From the human T2T-CHM13v2.0 reference genome, Homo sapiens: a DNA stretch of 64,000 bases. Location: assembly GCF_009914755.1 (NCBI RefSeq), contig NC_060926.1, one strand, 5' to 3'. Below the pieces are notes generated by a model. It made no database searches and had not been told where the DNA came from. It was given only the letters and a program-made list of their open reading frames with translations. Made by a program: the position numbers and the translations under genes. Below are positions 30,180-44,559 of the stretch, piece by piece (positions within the stretch are counted from its first letter, which is position 1; every line of letters begins with the position of its first letter).

Positions 30180-30345
30180 ACAATCACAGGACTGGAAGGG
30201 AGCCTACTGGTCATTGAATGCTTGCATCACCCCTACCAAATCACTGTCAAGTAATTATCTAGCTTGACGGGAAACTTATTACCTCCCAAGGCGGTTCATT
30301 TTAATTCAGACAGCTTCAACTGGTGGGAAATGCTTTTTCATACCT
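30180..30345 (-). mobile_element. L3/CR1 fragment
   Basis: tgacgggaaacttattacctcccaaggcggttcattttaattcagacagct resembles L3 consensus. Confidence 0.55.
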
Positions 30346-30699
30346 ATTCAGTTTGATGTGTTTCTTGTATTGAGTAAACCAGAATTCCTATTAATTAAAC
30401 TCCCCATAGTCTTTCCAGAGTTGACTTAACCTGTTACTTTTGGGAGGAAAACTTATTTACATTTATGGAACTTGGTGGATCCTGCCTTGTGAAATTCAGA
30501 ATGCAGTCTTACATAATCAACAGACTTTTAGTGGGCATTTAATGTAAAACACTTTTTCAACTAAATTGAATTATTCTCTCCAGAAAGCAGTGATGGCTAG
30601 GACAGTAGTGCTTATAGAATGTGTCATTATTTTGGCAGCTACTGCCTTGGACTCTCAGTTATTTTATATGCACGGGTCTTGCCTGCATAGCCTGTTGCC

Positions 30700-31005
<306 letters not shown>

Positions 31006-31409
31006 TAGCATAGCCTGTTGTTAAGCTCCTTGGAGTGTGGACCTGTCTTGTATGTGCAGTCCCCAAAAGGCCTTACTCATGACCTTGCATTCACAAGATC
31101 AGTTAGTGAAAGAAAGTGAAAGTGCAAGAATTGTTCCTCCTGACACTGAACTGCTTTTCTTGTTTGCCCAAGGTGATGAGTGGTGGTAGTGGCAGTGGGT
31201 ACATATGTGTTGGCATAAGCCCAGGGCCAACTCTCTTTTATTGAGGGTTTTAGAGCTAATCTCCCAACAGAAACAAGTATTCCCAGGCTGGCCTACAAAA
31301 ACCTATCCCATTTCTGTTTCTGACATAAGCCTGCAGCACTGGCGGAGCTACAGTTGGGGTTAAATTGACACTTGGGTGTTGGTCTGGCAACCTGACAACC
31401 ACATACCAG

Positions 31410-31720
31410 GAACACCCTTCTCCACTCATCTGCCTGGTGCATGCTTCCTCATTCTTTAGGCCTCAGTGGAATGTCTCTTTGTGGAACCTTCCTGATCCGC
31501 CCAGGCAGAGGGCTCACCTCTTCTTTCTTGTTCTCACCGTACTGCGGATAGTCCTCTATTTTTCCAAATGCTGCCTTGCATATGTATCATTTCTATCACT
31601 GTCTCCTTTGTTCTTCTGTGAACTTCTGGAGGAACAAGGTTGTGTCTCACTTTCTCTTCTCCTGTGCCAAGAACTGTGCAAAGTAAGAAGATACTCAGTG
31701 AATGTGTTTGAAGGAATGAC
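31410..31720 (+). mobile_element. L2 3' end
   Basis: ctgtgaacttctggaggaacaagg...agatactcagtgaatgtgtttgaaggaatga. Confidence 0.65.
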
Positions 31721-33279
31721 TACTGAAGTGTATGAGTTGTTGGTGTAGAGACATGCATTCCCAAGTGCTAGAGAATCTATTTGCAAGCATATTTTTGAAA
31801 GATAACATTTTTTGAAGTTGAATATTACTTGCACTGCTTTGTGTGCTGTCAGGGTTCTGCCATGGTAGCCAAGACTAAACAGCATCTTTCCAGTTAACCC
31901 AGTGAGGGTCCTGTGGTATGGCTAAGCCACGAGCTGGAACAGGAACCAAGTGAGGCAGGCCCTGAGGATATAGACCTGTTTTAGACCCTGAGAGAGAACA
32001 GTTGGCAAATAGAAGGTGGTATCCACTGGGTATGACAAGCAAGCATGGATCAGAAAAGCAGCTGGCTTTACAGAGTCTAATGGAATAAGTGAGAAGTCCT
32101 AAAGGTGGATGAATGTGGCAGTAGGAATCGAGGAAGATATCTTGTACTTCTGATGCTCTCAGGTGTAGGCTACTGATGGTCAGCCAGCATCAGGGAAGGC
32201 TGCCAGGAGTGAAGAGGTAAGGGATTAAAGGACGTACTGACAAGGACCTGGCAGAGCTCTAAACCAAGAGGGACACTGGTGTAAAGTCTTTTTGTCATTA
32301 ATTTAGCAAATATTTATACCTACTGTGAAAATGCTTTCAAGAGGAGGCGAATTCTTGATCTGATTATCAGAAGGAGAAGAAAGAAGATGCCCAGTTACCA
32401 GCATTGAGGCATATGATCAGGGCTGGACTAACTAAGTACGGTGACATGATGTGAATTCCTCGTTACGGCGATAGAGCTCCCTTAGTGTCTTTTGTTTCCA
32501 CTTAGGATTCATCCTAGAGGCAGGATGGGGCAGAGCTTCTGGGGTCAAATAAACCCAACAGCGGCAAGAAGAAGGCCTAGGGGTTAGAGTACCAAGAAGG
32601 GCCTGACAAACCATCACTTGACTGATAGAACTGGATCCAGCCTAGAATTGTTCATTAAACCATTAAATTGTTGACTGGCCACACCAAATGGTGGCATTAC
32701 ATAGCACAGTACAGGCAACATTGATTTTAATAACATCTTCTACTTGAAAAATAGTCCATACTTACCAAAATACTTTCACATTTCACTGGATTCCAAAGTT
32801 CTTTGATATAAACAGGGTGTTATATCCATTATTTTTTAGAGGACATCAAAGCACTAACAATTTAGATGGATGGTTTAACTCCTAGTTAGCTAGTGGCAGA
32901 GGCAGAACTAGAACCATGGGCTCCTTATTGATAGGTCACTACTCTTTCCTTTATCCCACTGCTTTGCTTGTGTGATGCTGTGACAACTTTTGGAGGCCAC
33001 TTTTGCTGAGAATTCAGTCCAGGTCTGATTGACTTCTGGGAAACAGGACCTGCTGAGTCTAAGCATTCAAGAGTATACACTCAGCCATAATCATGAGCCC
33101 ACGTATTGTTTCAGATACTTGCTTTAGGAAATAAGCTTCAGTTCTGATAGTGGGCTATTATCTCTTTTTAGGAGGTCTCCTTAAAGGTACTGAAGTAAAT
33201 TAGCAATGCTAGAGATTTTAAAATATCAGTTTCTAGTAAAAATGCTTCAATTTTTGTGAATTTACCATGTTGCTGCATT

Positions 33280-33550
33280 ATTGAGCTCCTCTGATGTGTC
33301 AGGCACTATTGTAAGATTTGAAGACATGGCAATAAACAAAATAGAAAAAATTCTGTCTTCGTCATAGGGCTTTTATTCTAGTTGGGGAGGGGTTATTTGT
33401 GAAGGAGACTAACAAAAACCAAGTAAAATATAAAGTATGTCAAATGTTGATAAGAGAAAAAATACAACAGGGAATGAGGACAGGATATGTGGGGATTGGG
33501 GGGACAGGGGTTGCAATTTTAAATAAGATGGTTAAGGGAAAGGCTTCACG
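33280..33550 (-). mobile_element. L2 3' fragment
   Basis: tattgagctcctctgatgtgtcaggcactattgtaag. Confidence 0.65.
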
Positions 33551-36500
33551 GTAAATGTGAAGGAAATACATCGCTATGTACATCTTCAAAATCTACAAAC
33601 ATCAATAGTAAATTTCCAAACTACTTATATATAATTACTAGTGAAAAAACAAAAAAAATTAATGGGTATATACACACAGCCACACCTACACACAGATGCA
33701 TGCACATATATACATATAAAATCTAGCACTTACTTTTCAAATTAACTCCCCACTCTTTATGCACCTAACAGATGAACTAAGTTTGAATTTATGTTTTTGT
33801 GCAACTATAAGAATATGGAATGTAGCTATTACTAATCTCTGCTTTTTTATTTGCAGACCTCCCACCGTTTAGCTCAGTGATAAAATTCCACAATAAATTT
33901 TGACTTGAAAGATTTTAGGATATCATGAAAATGGGAATGACGAATGAAGGCTGAGATGAGGCAAATATTTGGCAAATCCCGTGAAGCACTTAGAGCAAGC
34001 TTTATTAAGTGTGGTGGAATCAGATAATCATTACTGTTTTTATTTTTATCTGGGGTCAAACTTAATTAAAATAAAACATTTTCTGTGGGTTTTCTAATTA
34101 GCCTAACAATTTATTGGTCTCCAAAGATCTTTGTAGATGGTAACTTTGGCACAGAGTTCTAAAGCAGAGGACTCTGTAGATCTGGAAAGAAGTTGGAAAA
34201 TAATTTCTTTAAAAACAAAACAAAAACCGTCCCAGGAAACACCATGAGAGAATGTTTTGTGACATATTGGGAATTCAGTTGAAAGGTATTATTAGGGAGT
34301 CGATGGCAAGCTGAGTCCCCAAATGCCCAGTTGATCGTAGTTCAGAACCCCAAAGACCTAGCAGGAAATGTTGTAGCTGCCCTCTTGTGGTCAAATTGAA
34401 AGTTTTGCCTCTTTGTCTTAATACTCATAAGAAACAATGATACATTTTTTCCCTGGAGTTATTCATTTAATAATCTAAGAGTAATGAAACATTTAACATT
34501 TTCAGATGGGCTCAAAAAAAAAACACCTTCCCCCCAAAGCAAGATTCAGCAGATCAGTCAATACATATGTTTTAGTGGAACAAAACTCCTGGCTATTGGT
34601 AAATTATAATAAAATTGTGGTCCCTTCCACCACACCCCAAGTAAAGTCATCTGAGGCTTTTAAAGGAAATACCTAAGTCTACAAATACTTTCTGGTGGAG
34701 TTGGTTGGGGCTAACTGCAGAGGAATATGGAGGAAATAATATCGGGAAGTGCTTTGGTGCTTGTCAGCTGGGTGATCAAGGCTCAGTCACTTCACCCAAG
34801 AGCTTAGACTTTAGTTTTCTCACATGTAAAATGGGACTGTTCAAAGGCAACTTCTAATACCACTTTTAGCTCTGAAACGCTATAAATATGTGACCAGATG
34901 GACAAAACAAACGGCTTTTTGGTCTCTGGGATTTCTTTCCTTTCTGTCCGTGTGGCTTTATGATTAGTGAACCAAAAAGTTGTGAGGGGAATTGCGTGAT
35001 GAAGCCTTTGAAAATTGCAGGGCTACAGGGAGATTAGTAGAACTGCCCCCAATGGTCTTGTGAGAATTTTTCAGTTTATTCATACAAGTATTGAATTTAT
35101 TAAGTATCAACTATGTACTATGCATTATTCTTGGTGCTAGTACTACAAAATAAGTATAGAGGAGAATCCTTGTCTTTAAAGTGTTTGTAGTTTGAAAAAA
35201 TTAAAATTCAATCATTTCTACGTAGCCTTACACAGTTTGCTTATATGTTTGTGTGGTTCTGGAAATATTAAGGGGAACTTACCTTAACTTTGTCTCCAAA
35301 GAGCTTTCAGGTGGGATCATCTTGAAGCTTAGCAAAACTCCCAGTGAACTTTGGCAAGAGCTGGGTCGGGACTCAAAACTCTGAGTTCAGGAGAAGTGTG
35401 CCCTTTGGTGAAGCTTCCAATGAAAGAGGTGTCTGACTATGCCCTGGTCATTCTGAAAACTGCTCTTCCATGGGCCATTTTTTAACATAAAAGGAAATCC
35501 TACTAAGTCCTATATCTTTTTGGAAAATGCCTTTTCTGTGTTCTGCTTTTACATTCATAACATACTATGAAATAGCTAATTTAACAAGATTGTGTTTTAA
35601 ATGATTTATGAATTTATTCAAAATTTTTACTTTATCAGGCTAAGATTGTTTTCTTGGATTTGTTTATTCCTCAAGTCCTTGTGCATGTTCTGATGTCTAA
35701 AGTAGAGAAATAATCTTAAATTTGGCAACACTAATTGTTTTGGATGTGAGAAAACTTAAGCTATACATTATTAAAATGAAAGTTGATTTATGTTATTAGT
35801 TATACATATATACACATGTGTGCTATGATTAGGTTACAGGAGCTTGACAAAATTGATTATTCTAGATTACAAGAAGTTCTGGGAGGACCTCTTGATGACA
35901 CAGATTTTTTTTCCCTGTTGCCTTGGTATTTTCGGAATATCTTACACATCATCTACTATATGTGGCTTTGTTGTAAGTTAGAGTTTGGTTAGATAGAACA
36001 TTTGAACTCGATTCAACTTGGCCATGTGAAGAGCCTGGAGTCCAGTGATTCGTCTTAGGGAGGTGTTTGGGGAATAACAAAATATTTCAGAATCATTAAG
36101 GGTATTCCAACAGGGAATTTGGGAGTGGTTGAGATGCTTTGTGTGCTTCTAAGAAGGCAGGATGGGAGAGATTAGAAGAGGAAAATGGTTTTAAAATTTC
36201 ACTCACAGATTTGTAAATATAGTCAGCATTGCTGCAGGTCCATAACACAATAAAATGATTACAAATTGGTAAAAAGATGATGGCTCTTTCTGGTCTCAGT
36301 TTAATGAAACTGAGATGTTAAAACAAAAAACAATTTACATGTTACAAAGGTAAGGTTATTAATGTGTGATATTAGAGCTCTTCCCTGGCCAAAACTCTGA
36401 AGACTTTTAGATGAAGCCTTTTAAATAAGTTTGTGATACCATTTTGATACAAATGGCGACACCACAGATCACTTCTTTATACAGATTTTCATGTAGAGAT

Positions 36501-37149
36501 GCTCTGAGGAAGGTGCTGTGAAGTTTTGGAAAGAATAAAGACCTGGGTTCAGAATATGCTGGGTCAGTAATTTGCTGGCTGTGTGGTTGTAGGTAAGTTC
36601 TTTAGCCCCAGAATCCACACTTAATAAATTGAAGTGATTCTTCTTCTCTCATAGGCTTGTTCAGAAAAGGCTCCATGTTTTCTTCTTGCCACATCTTTCA
36701 GGTTTCTAGGAGAGTTTTGCTACATACCTGTTTTCCAAGATCATGTCAATCATTAAGGCCTAAAGAGCTAAAAAAAAAAAGAGAGAGAAAAAAATATTGT
36801 TTGGGTTAAGTAGTACATGAAAATTTAAACTCCCTCTTTTAGCTATGCCAAAGAGGAACACATTTAACATTGAAGGCAAAAGAGTCTTTGCTCCATGGAC
36901 TGTAAGGAAACTTGCATTTTCAGGTTTTTATTTAGGTGTGGAGATATGGAGAAGAGCAGGAGTTTACAATTTCTGCACATAGGGCTCAAAGGCTTATCCA
37001 GGCATTTTCTGCGTGGTTGTGTTTGAACCTGGTTGTTGATTGCTTTTCACGCAGACCTCTTTCCTACGTTCATTTTTTTCCTTCATTTAATTCAAACATT
37101 TTAACCATTGGGTGCACATTATTGAACACGATTCTTGTGTCTTTACGGT

Positions 37150-37460
37150 TTAGCATCATTACCTAATTCTGGACGACAAGCTCAAATGTATGTGCAGGTC
37201 AAAAGTGAAGCCGGCCCTATAATACGACTGTGAGTACTGGAGACTGGTGAACTGGGGACCTCAGTCCAGACAGCAGCCACCAGTCAAAGGCTTGTTGCCA
37301 CATCAGTATGTGAGCTGCCTAGTGCCAGATCTTCCAACTTTTTTGAGAGCAGTCAGAAATATAGACTTGATTTTTAAAACACTGTGCAAATCAAACAGAG
37401 CTCATTGTCTGAGGACTGCTTGTTTTGTGTACTTGAGTTCCAGATACAGTTAGCACCTCT
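37150..37460. mobile_element. MER102-like hAT-Charlie element
   Basis: gccagatcttccaacttttttgagagcagtcagaaat...aaaacactgtgcaaatcaaac. Confidence 0.6.
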
Positions 37461-37479
37461 CTCACTATCTGTTTCCTAA

Positions 37480-37710
37480 TAATGTGATAGTTAAGAGCTA
37501 GATAAACTGGGATCAAATCATAGCCCCATCACATACATTCTAGCTGTGTGACTTCAGAAAGTTACCTGCTATCTCATTTATGAAGTAGAGATGATAATAG
37601 CTCTTATCTTATTGGGTTTTAGGGAAGACTTATATGAGCTGAAATACAGATGTGCTTAGAATAGTGCCTGGGATGTAGTAGGTGCTACTGAAGTGTTTAA
37701 TATTGTTAGA
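37480..37710 (+). mobile_element. MIR
   Basis: tagttaagagc...tagctgtgtgacttc...gtgcttagaatagtgcctgg. Confidence 0.75.
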
Positions 37711-37789
37711 GTCTCTTTTATATCATCTCACTAAGAGGCCACACTCCTCTTCTTGTGAGGTCTGGGAAGAGAGAAGGAAGAAGAAGGGA

Positions 37790-38000
37790 AACTACCCTTT
37801 ATTGAGTATCTCCTGTTTGCCAGGAATTATGCCATGTGCTTTGTATAACATTTCCTCATTTAATCCTCATGTAGAGTCTTGAGTTAGATGTCATTTGCAT
37901 TTTATAGTAGAGAGAACTGAGGCTCAATGAGATTCAGTGACTTGTCCAAGGCAGAAAAGGGATTTAGACTTAAGTAGATCTGATTCCAAACAGATCATTT
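37790..38000 (-). mobile_element. MIR
   Basis: tcatttaatcctcat...gagaactgaggctcaatgagattcagtgacttgtccaagg. Confidence 0.75.
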
Positions 38001-38086
38001 TACTAGAAAGCTTACCACTCTTGATCCAGGGAGAGCTGTGAATTTGATGTTTGCTAGGAAATTGCCTTCTAAATGAATCCACTTGG

Positions 38087-38472
38087 TGTTATGAGAAAAA
38101 CTTAGGACTGTAATGTTTCCTCCCCACCACCCACCCCCCAAACTGGGAAGGTATCAGGAGACCAAAATGTTTTGGACAAGTCCAGCTTGGTGAGTAGATG
38201 GGTTTATTAAGACTTACTTACAGAGCACTCCTGGGCAGCAGCAGGACAGCTCTAGAGATTCATCCCACTTCCCATCTCTCATTTAAGCTAATTATTTGGC
38301 TCTTTGCCTACTGTGCCTGTGTGATGGGACTGTTTTCCTTGGTATGTTTGTGTTCTCAGAGACACCTGCTCCTCGGCTGGGCACGACAGCCTTAGCTCAC
38401 CACCTGGCCTTTAAGGTTCAGGCAGTGGACATATACCCTTAAGTAACCTGGTAGGGGACCCATCACACTACA
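38087..38472 (-). mobile_element. Solo LTR, probably ERVL class (family uncertain)
   Basis: TG...CA termini; perfect 5-bp TSD cttgg at 38082-38086 and 38473-38477; AATAAA on minus strand at ~38203. Confidence 0.85.
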
Positions 38473-39679
38473 CTTGGAGCCAGATTAACTAGGGAGAGCT
38501 TTGCTCCTCATTAACCTACTGTCCCTGCTGGGCAAGCATCAGCTCCCTGAGGGGAGGGATAGGGTCTTTTTCTATCTGAAGCTCCCAACATATTCAGTGA
38601 ACTCAAATGCTACAAAGATATGAAAGAGGGACTCAAAGTAGGCTCTCACAGTTTTGGAGAGTCTGGACATAACATGCAATGATAGGTCTGGCCAGGCCAA
38701 GTATTAGCCTTTAATTCCTGCACTAAAAGCCCCTCAAATATTACAACACTTGTGCCTCCCTTTATAACAGTGTTCTTTATGGTATCAATTAATACAATCA
38801 GAGTAGATGGGAGGTGTGAAGGTGTGTGTGAAGGGAAGGAGGAAGGGAGCCAGAAAAGAAAGAAAGTGGGAAGCGTGTCTGTAGAGATAAGGAGAGCAGG
38901 GCTGTGAAAGGCAAAAGTCATTGGACAAACTTCCTGTCAGCTCCACAAAGTAATTTCAGCTTAGATGAACTTCCCAAATCAGGACAGAATCAAGAAGCAC
39001 ACGCAACAGTTTCCTTGGAAAGCCCTTTTCACCTCATTGGGCTCTGCTGAAAACAGCTTTTGTTTTTGGTAGGTGGAATAAAAGAGTATGAGAAGCTTAC
39101 TCAGAATATCTATCTGCTGTTATAAATCACACAAAGTTTTTCCCAGTTAGGGCTTAAGTCACATCCGTCTACAACTCTGAAGCAGAAAAACATGTGAGTC
39201 TTTCTGCTGGCCGGTGAAATGTTTTCAAAGGATTTTAATTCTTCTCCCATCTGAGAAGTTTGAACACACAACTTTCTAGTTTTTGCTTCATTGACTCAAA
39301 TGTGTTGGGAGTCAGTGGAATTACCAGTCATGAACTAAATGATTAATAGGTCTGTTTTTAAGAATCAAGTGGAAAACAAATAGAGAAACGAGAACTACAG
39401 TTCCCACTCTGTCCCTTTATCACTTTGCTCTCTGTCTCCCAGGAGACTGAGGGACAGTCAAGGCCACTGAGTCACCACCTTGCTGTTCCCTTTCAGTCTC
39501 TCCAGATGGAGTGCCAAGGCTGCAAAGGCTGCGCCGCCCCATCCCGGGGGTCAGGCAGGCTCACAGATGGACCTTTGGAAGTAATCCAGATGCAGAGCAA
39601 CACTGAGCCCATCCATCCAGAGCCAAGTGTCAGTGTCTGAATCAATGTTCAGCAAGAACTCTTTAATAAGCTTAATATC

Positions 39680-39880
39680 TAGAGTCCTGTACTTCCTGGC
39701 TGAAGGAGCTCTGGCAAGTTACTTACCCTCCCTGATTCTCATTTTCCTCATCTGTGAAATGGGAATAATCCCAAAAGCTACCTCACATGTGTGTGATGAT
39801 TAAATGAGTTTTACCACGTGTAAAAAGGCTTTGTGCAGTGACTGGCACATGTTCATTAATACTGTAAATATTAGTATAAT
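39680..39880 (+). mobile_element. MIR
   Basis: ggcaagtttacttaccctc...ttttcctcatctgtgaaatgggaataat. Confidence 0.8.
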
Positions 39881-40667
39881 GTTTTAGAGGTGTATTGATC
39901 ACAAGAGCAGGTGACTATATTTGCACTGGAAATAACCCTTTTCAAAGTGCTTTTATTTTGCGAATGATTTTAAAAGGCACTTGGTGTGAGATCAGATACC
40001 TTCATTTACCACTCCAAAAATTAGAAATAGAAATCTCCATTTTATTATAAGCAGATTTTTATTCCTTTGTGTAAATTATCAAGATTGTATAAAGGGATAT
40101 AATATGGTCTTGTTCCTTGGAGGGAGAAAATGGTGTAATTATACAGCGAAAACATGTAGATAAAGCAATGATCAATTAGATGGATTAAACATGATTAAAA
40201 ACAGTCAAAGAGGGATAAAATTATTTTTTTTCTTTTTAAAAGAGGTAACTTTGTTCCATACTTACTGTTTCCGTATACTGGATTGTTTCTCATTTACACT
40301 AAATGGAACACAAAATTGTCCGGCCCAAATAAAAGTTTCACAAAGCTTGGTTTCTAGTTTGAACCAAAGGTGTTTCTTGGTTAGTATTAAGCAGCGTTAT
40401 GAATTCTCAGGGATTATCCTTGGACATTTCCCTGTATCACATTTTTATAGGTAGGAGAACTGATCGGAATTACAGCAGCAAAGCAGAATTCAGAACTGGG
40501 CTCTGCAATCACAGATCTTCCCTTTGTAAAGTTGGGATGGAAGAAGTATAGTATAGCAGAAAGCCACAGGCTTTAGAACCAAACAGACCTGTATATGAAT
40601 TCTGGATATACCACTTATTATCGAGTTTTGAAAGTACTAGTTATTTTAATAAATTTATAGAACAAAC

Positions 40668-40840
40668 GAGTGGTTCTCAAAATTTATCATGGATCAGATT
40701 TACCTAGAAGGTATGTTAACACACAGATTGTGGACACCACCATAGAGTTCCTGATTAGGTAGGTCTGCTGTTTGGTCCCAAAATGTGCATTTCTAATTAG
40801 CTCCCAGGTAATGATGGGGGCCTCACTTTGATAAGCACTA
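40668..40840. mobile_element. MER5A (hAT-Charlie MITE)
   Basis: agtggttctcaaa...tgcatttctaattagctcccaggt...cactttgataagcact. Confidence 0.75.
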
Positions 40841-41142
40841 GGATAAATTTTATGCAGTATGTTACGCTTAGATGGTAGGTTGTGAATAGCTGGTTAAGTA
40901 TTTGGGGCTAGAGTTTCCATATCTACAACTCGGAAGAATAATGGGAAAAACTTGATTTCCCATAGAGAATAGAGATGTTGTATAGATACACCTGACACTT
41001 AGTGGGCAGTCAATAAATAGTAGATATTTTTCTCTTAGAGTCTGATACTCTTGGGTTCAAGTTCAAACTCTGCTGATTGCCAACAGAGTGAGCTGTTGTG
41101 AACTCCTTGTTCTCTTGAAACATCATTTATTTGTAAAGTGGA

Positions 41143-41563
41143 TGCTATTAACTTAACTGTTCCTCCCTGACTCTCCCTGACAATTCATGAGTGGAAGCCC
41201 TAAAGCCTACTGTATTGGTATTTTGAAATGAGGCCTTTAGGAGATAATTGGGGTTAAATGAAGTCATGAGGATGGGGACCTCATGATGGGATTAGTGCCC
41301 TTATCAGAAGAAACACCTGAGAGCTCTGTCACTCTCCCTTTCGCCCTATCTCTCTCCGTACCACCCCCACCCCTCCACCATGTGAGGACACAGCGAGGAG
41401 GTGGTCGTTTGCAAGCCGGGAAGAGAACCCTTACCAGGAACCAAATCAGCTGGCACCTTGATCTCATACTTTCTGGCTTCCAAAACCATGAGAAATAAAT
41501 TTCTGTTGTTTAAGCCACTCAGTCTATGGTATTTTTTTATGGCAATTCTAGCTGACTAATACA
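41143..41563 (+). mobile_element. MLT1A-type MaLR solo LTR inserted into a MIR
   Basis: TG...CA termini; TSD gtgga at 41138-41142 and 41564-41568; MIR continues on both sides. Confidence 0.9.
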
Positions 41564-42523
41564 GTGGAGATAATTCTACCCTGTAAATTATGGATATAAT
41601 GAGATGCTGTGCATACAGCACTCAGAACAGAACTGGCTACTTGTAGTGATGGTAGCTAATGAGTGTTAGTGTTGTTATTTAATAAGAACAATCGCCACTC
41701 TGTCGTTTCTTCCAATTTCTTTGCAGGATTTCTCCTCATGTAAACTTTGCTAAGTACTTTCCAAATATGATGGTCAACTATTGTGGGGCATGTGGATGAG
41801 ATAAGAAGCGAGGGCTAATTTAAATCATTGCCTTTCAACTTTGTTGCTACAAATTAATTTCTGTCTCAGCATCTCATCTCAGGACCTCCCCATATTTATA
41901 TAAGAACAAAATGGTATCAAACATTTTTATGTGTTCAGCCTATTCAATAGAGTAAGCCATCTTGTGTGGCTCATTTTTGTGACATTCCATTTTTCAGAGC
42001 ACATTGGTCAGTTGTCTCCTGGGTGGTATCTTGCACATGTGTTTCCCATTAAAGTAGCAACTAAAGAGTGGCAACTGTGAATCTTTTCTGGCTGGTGTTC
42101 ATGTTCCTTTTTCTTCTGTAATTAGCTTGGGGTGGACGTTTTTGGAGGAAGGGAGGGGGAGGCTTATTTATGAATTGAAAACTGGACTTGATACATGTGA
42201 CACTGGGTTATATTGCTATGATGAAATTTTCTCCTAGTTCTCTCTGACTAAAATCTCTTCATGTATAAGTAGCTTCCTCAAGGCCTTATGCTTCTACGAT
42301 GTTAAGCACCTAATTTTGTTTTAAAAATCACATTAAAATATGAAAGACTTAATTGAAGCTTTAAAAGTAAAAAGAAAGAAATGAAGTCAAATGCCTCTGA
42401 TTATTTTAAGAACAATATTTTATCATGGTGAATAACTATCGGAATCCCCTCAACACAAGTAAACAAGCTGTCGGGGGTCATTTAATAGTTTTTATATTTT
42501 TACTTATCAAAAAGACATTATGT

Positions 42524-43110
42524 ATAGCCACTCTGTAAAAAGTCTGGCAATTTCTTATAGACATACGTGTAGCATGTGACCCAGCAATCCCACTTCTAGG
42601 TATTTACCCAAGAGAATGAAAAGTTATGTTCACAACATAACTTATACATAAATGTTTACAGCAGCTCTATTTGTAATTGTTAAAAACTGAAAATAACTAC
42701 GTGTCCTCCAAAGGGTGAATGGATAAACAAACTGTGGTATATCCATATAACAGAGTATCACCTAGCAATAAAAAGGAACAGATTATTGAGACATGGAGCA
42801 ACTTAGATGAATCTCAAAGGCATTTTGCTGAGTGAAAAGTTACATGACAAAAGTTATGTGACATTCTTGACAAGACAAAACTATAGTGACAGAGGACAGA
42901 CCAGTGGTTTGCTAGTGCTTAAAGTAGGAGAGGGACTGTAAAGTAGTAATAATGTTAGACAATTTTGGGGGTGCTAGAATTATTACCCTGACTGCAGTGT
43001 TGGTTCCATGAATCTATACATGTAGTAAGATTCATAAAACTATACACCAAAATAAGTCAATTTTACTGTGTTAATTTAAAAAATAATTTATGACTTCAGG
43101 GTGAATAGAG
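42524..43110 (+). mobile_element. L1MC/MD-type 3' fragment
   Basis: gacccagcaatcccacttctaggtatttacccaagaga...gaatggataaacaaactgtggtatatccata; flanking 13-bp direct repeat aaagacattatgt. Confidence 0.85.
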
Positions 43111-44559
43111 AAAGACATTATGTCTCTTTCAGTAATTTGATGACATCCCAGTATGGTAGGCAGTGAGGTTTTAAATGTGTGTTGAGTTGAATCTATTATG
43201 GAATTTCTGTGCAGGTTGGAAATGTCAGGAAGACATTTATTTTTGCTTGCTGTGCATAATGAAGGAATGAAGGAAGGATGGGTTCAATTTTACCTATGGT
43301 TTCACATATAACAACCAGAAATCATAGGATAATATAATGAGTTAACAATACTCATAAATTTCTTTTTGAAATCTCTAAACCTCATCACTTATTAACTTTC
43401 TGATCTCCACTGCATTTCAGAAATGAATTGCATCTGAATTCTGAGTCTGAGATGCCCGAGATGGGAAGTGGTTGGGTCAAAAGTGGGAGTTCACCTTCCT
43501 TTATACAGCACATCAGCTCTTCATATCCTACCATCTGAAACTAATTTGTTGTACGTAATTTATTCCATAAAGTTGCTGGAATAAACAATGCATGCAAAGC
43601 TCCTTAGATATGTATTCAGCAGGGACTTACTTGGCTGTCTGTGATTTTCAGCTCTCTCAGTGCTTTCAGATGTACCATCCAGCACTTAGGATGTCATGTG
43701 GGTTCTCAGAGGGCCTATTATTTATAAACTAGGGTACTTGTGTGGGAGGTTTGCTATCTGTAATTGACATGACATGGGCCATGGTCCCCATTCCCAAGTT
43801 GTTCCTCCATCCAGTTCAGTGAGGCAGTAATGGGGAACAGACATGCCCATCCTGTGCCTCTGGTCCAGATTAACACAACAGTATTGGGATTCTTCGGTCA
43901 AACGTGTGAGAAATTACATTGTGGTTTGTCATTTGCCTCCCAGGAAATGAAATGCACCTCAGATGGTGCATTTTCCACTGTGGAAATTAGTTGCTGGGTG
44001 TAGCCCAGCTTTACTTCTGCGATGTGGATGCAAACACATTTTATAAAGTTCCTCAAATGCTTCCACCTCTCATCCTTAATGCTGTGAGCTTTGCTGAGTG
44101 ATGGCATGATATAGAGAATAAGACACAGTTGTCCTCACAGCCCTCACAAATTTCTTTACGGTCCTTCCAACGCAGCACCCCGAAACTACACATTCCAAAT
44201 TTCATTTTGCCTCTTTCAAAGAGGGGCTACACTAGAGTCAGTATGGGCCGCTTCTAGTGTTCTTTCTCTCAAAAATCCAAATTTTCATTTTATGCCTATA
44301 ATTAAGTCAAAGCAGCATGCTTAAATATTTCCCTTCTGAATCCTATTCCATCATTGTCACTTTAAGATAGAAAATACAGATAATTACAGAATATTTTAGA
44401 ATAGTTGTCAGTTCTACACCTATCCTCTTGAGTTTCTCCTTGTAGCAAAAGAATTGTCCCCTCTGCAGGAATCATACTTGAAGGGCTCATACTTGAACTT
44501 TGGTACATGGTTTTCTCTTGCCTTATATTCTTGGAGGCCAGAAGTCCTTATGTTATTGA

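Noticed and set aside
36000-37000. Possible 3' end of the MIR217 host transcript
   Set aside because: Several minus-strand AATAAA/ATTAAA hexamers occur in AT-rich DNA; none can be singled out from sequence
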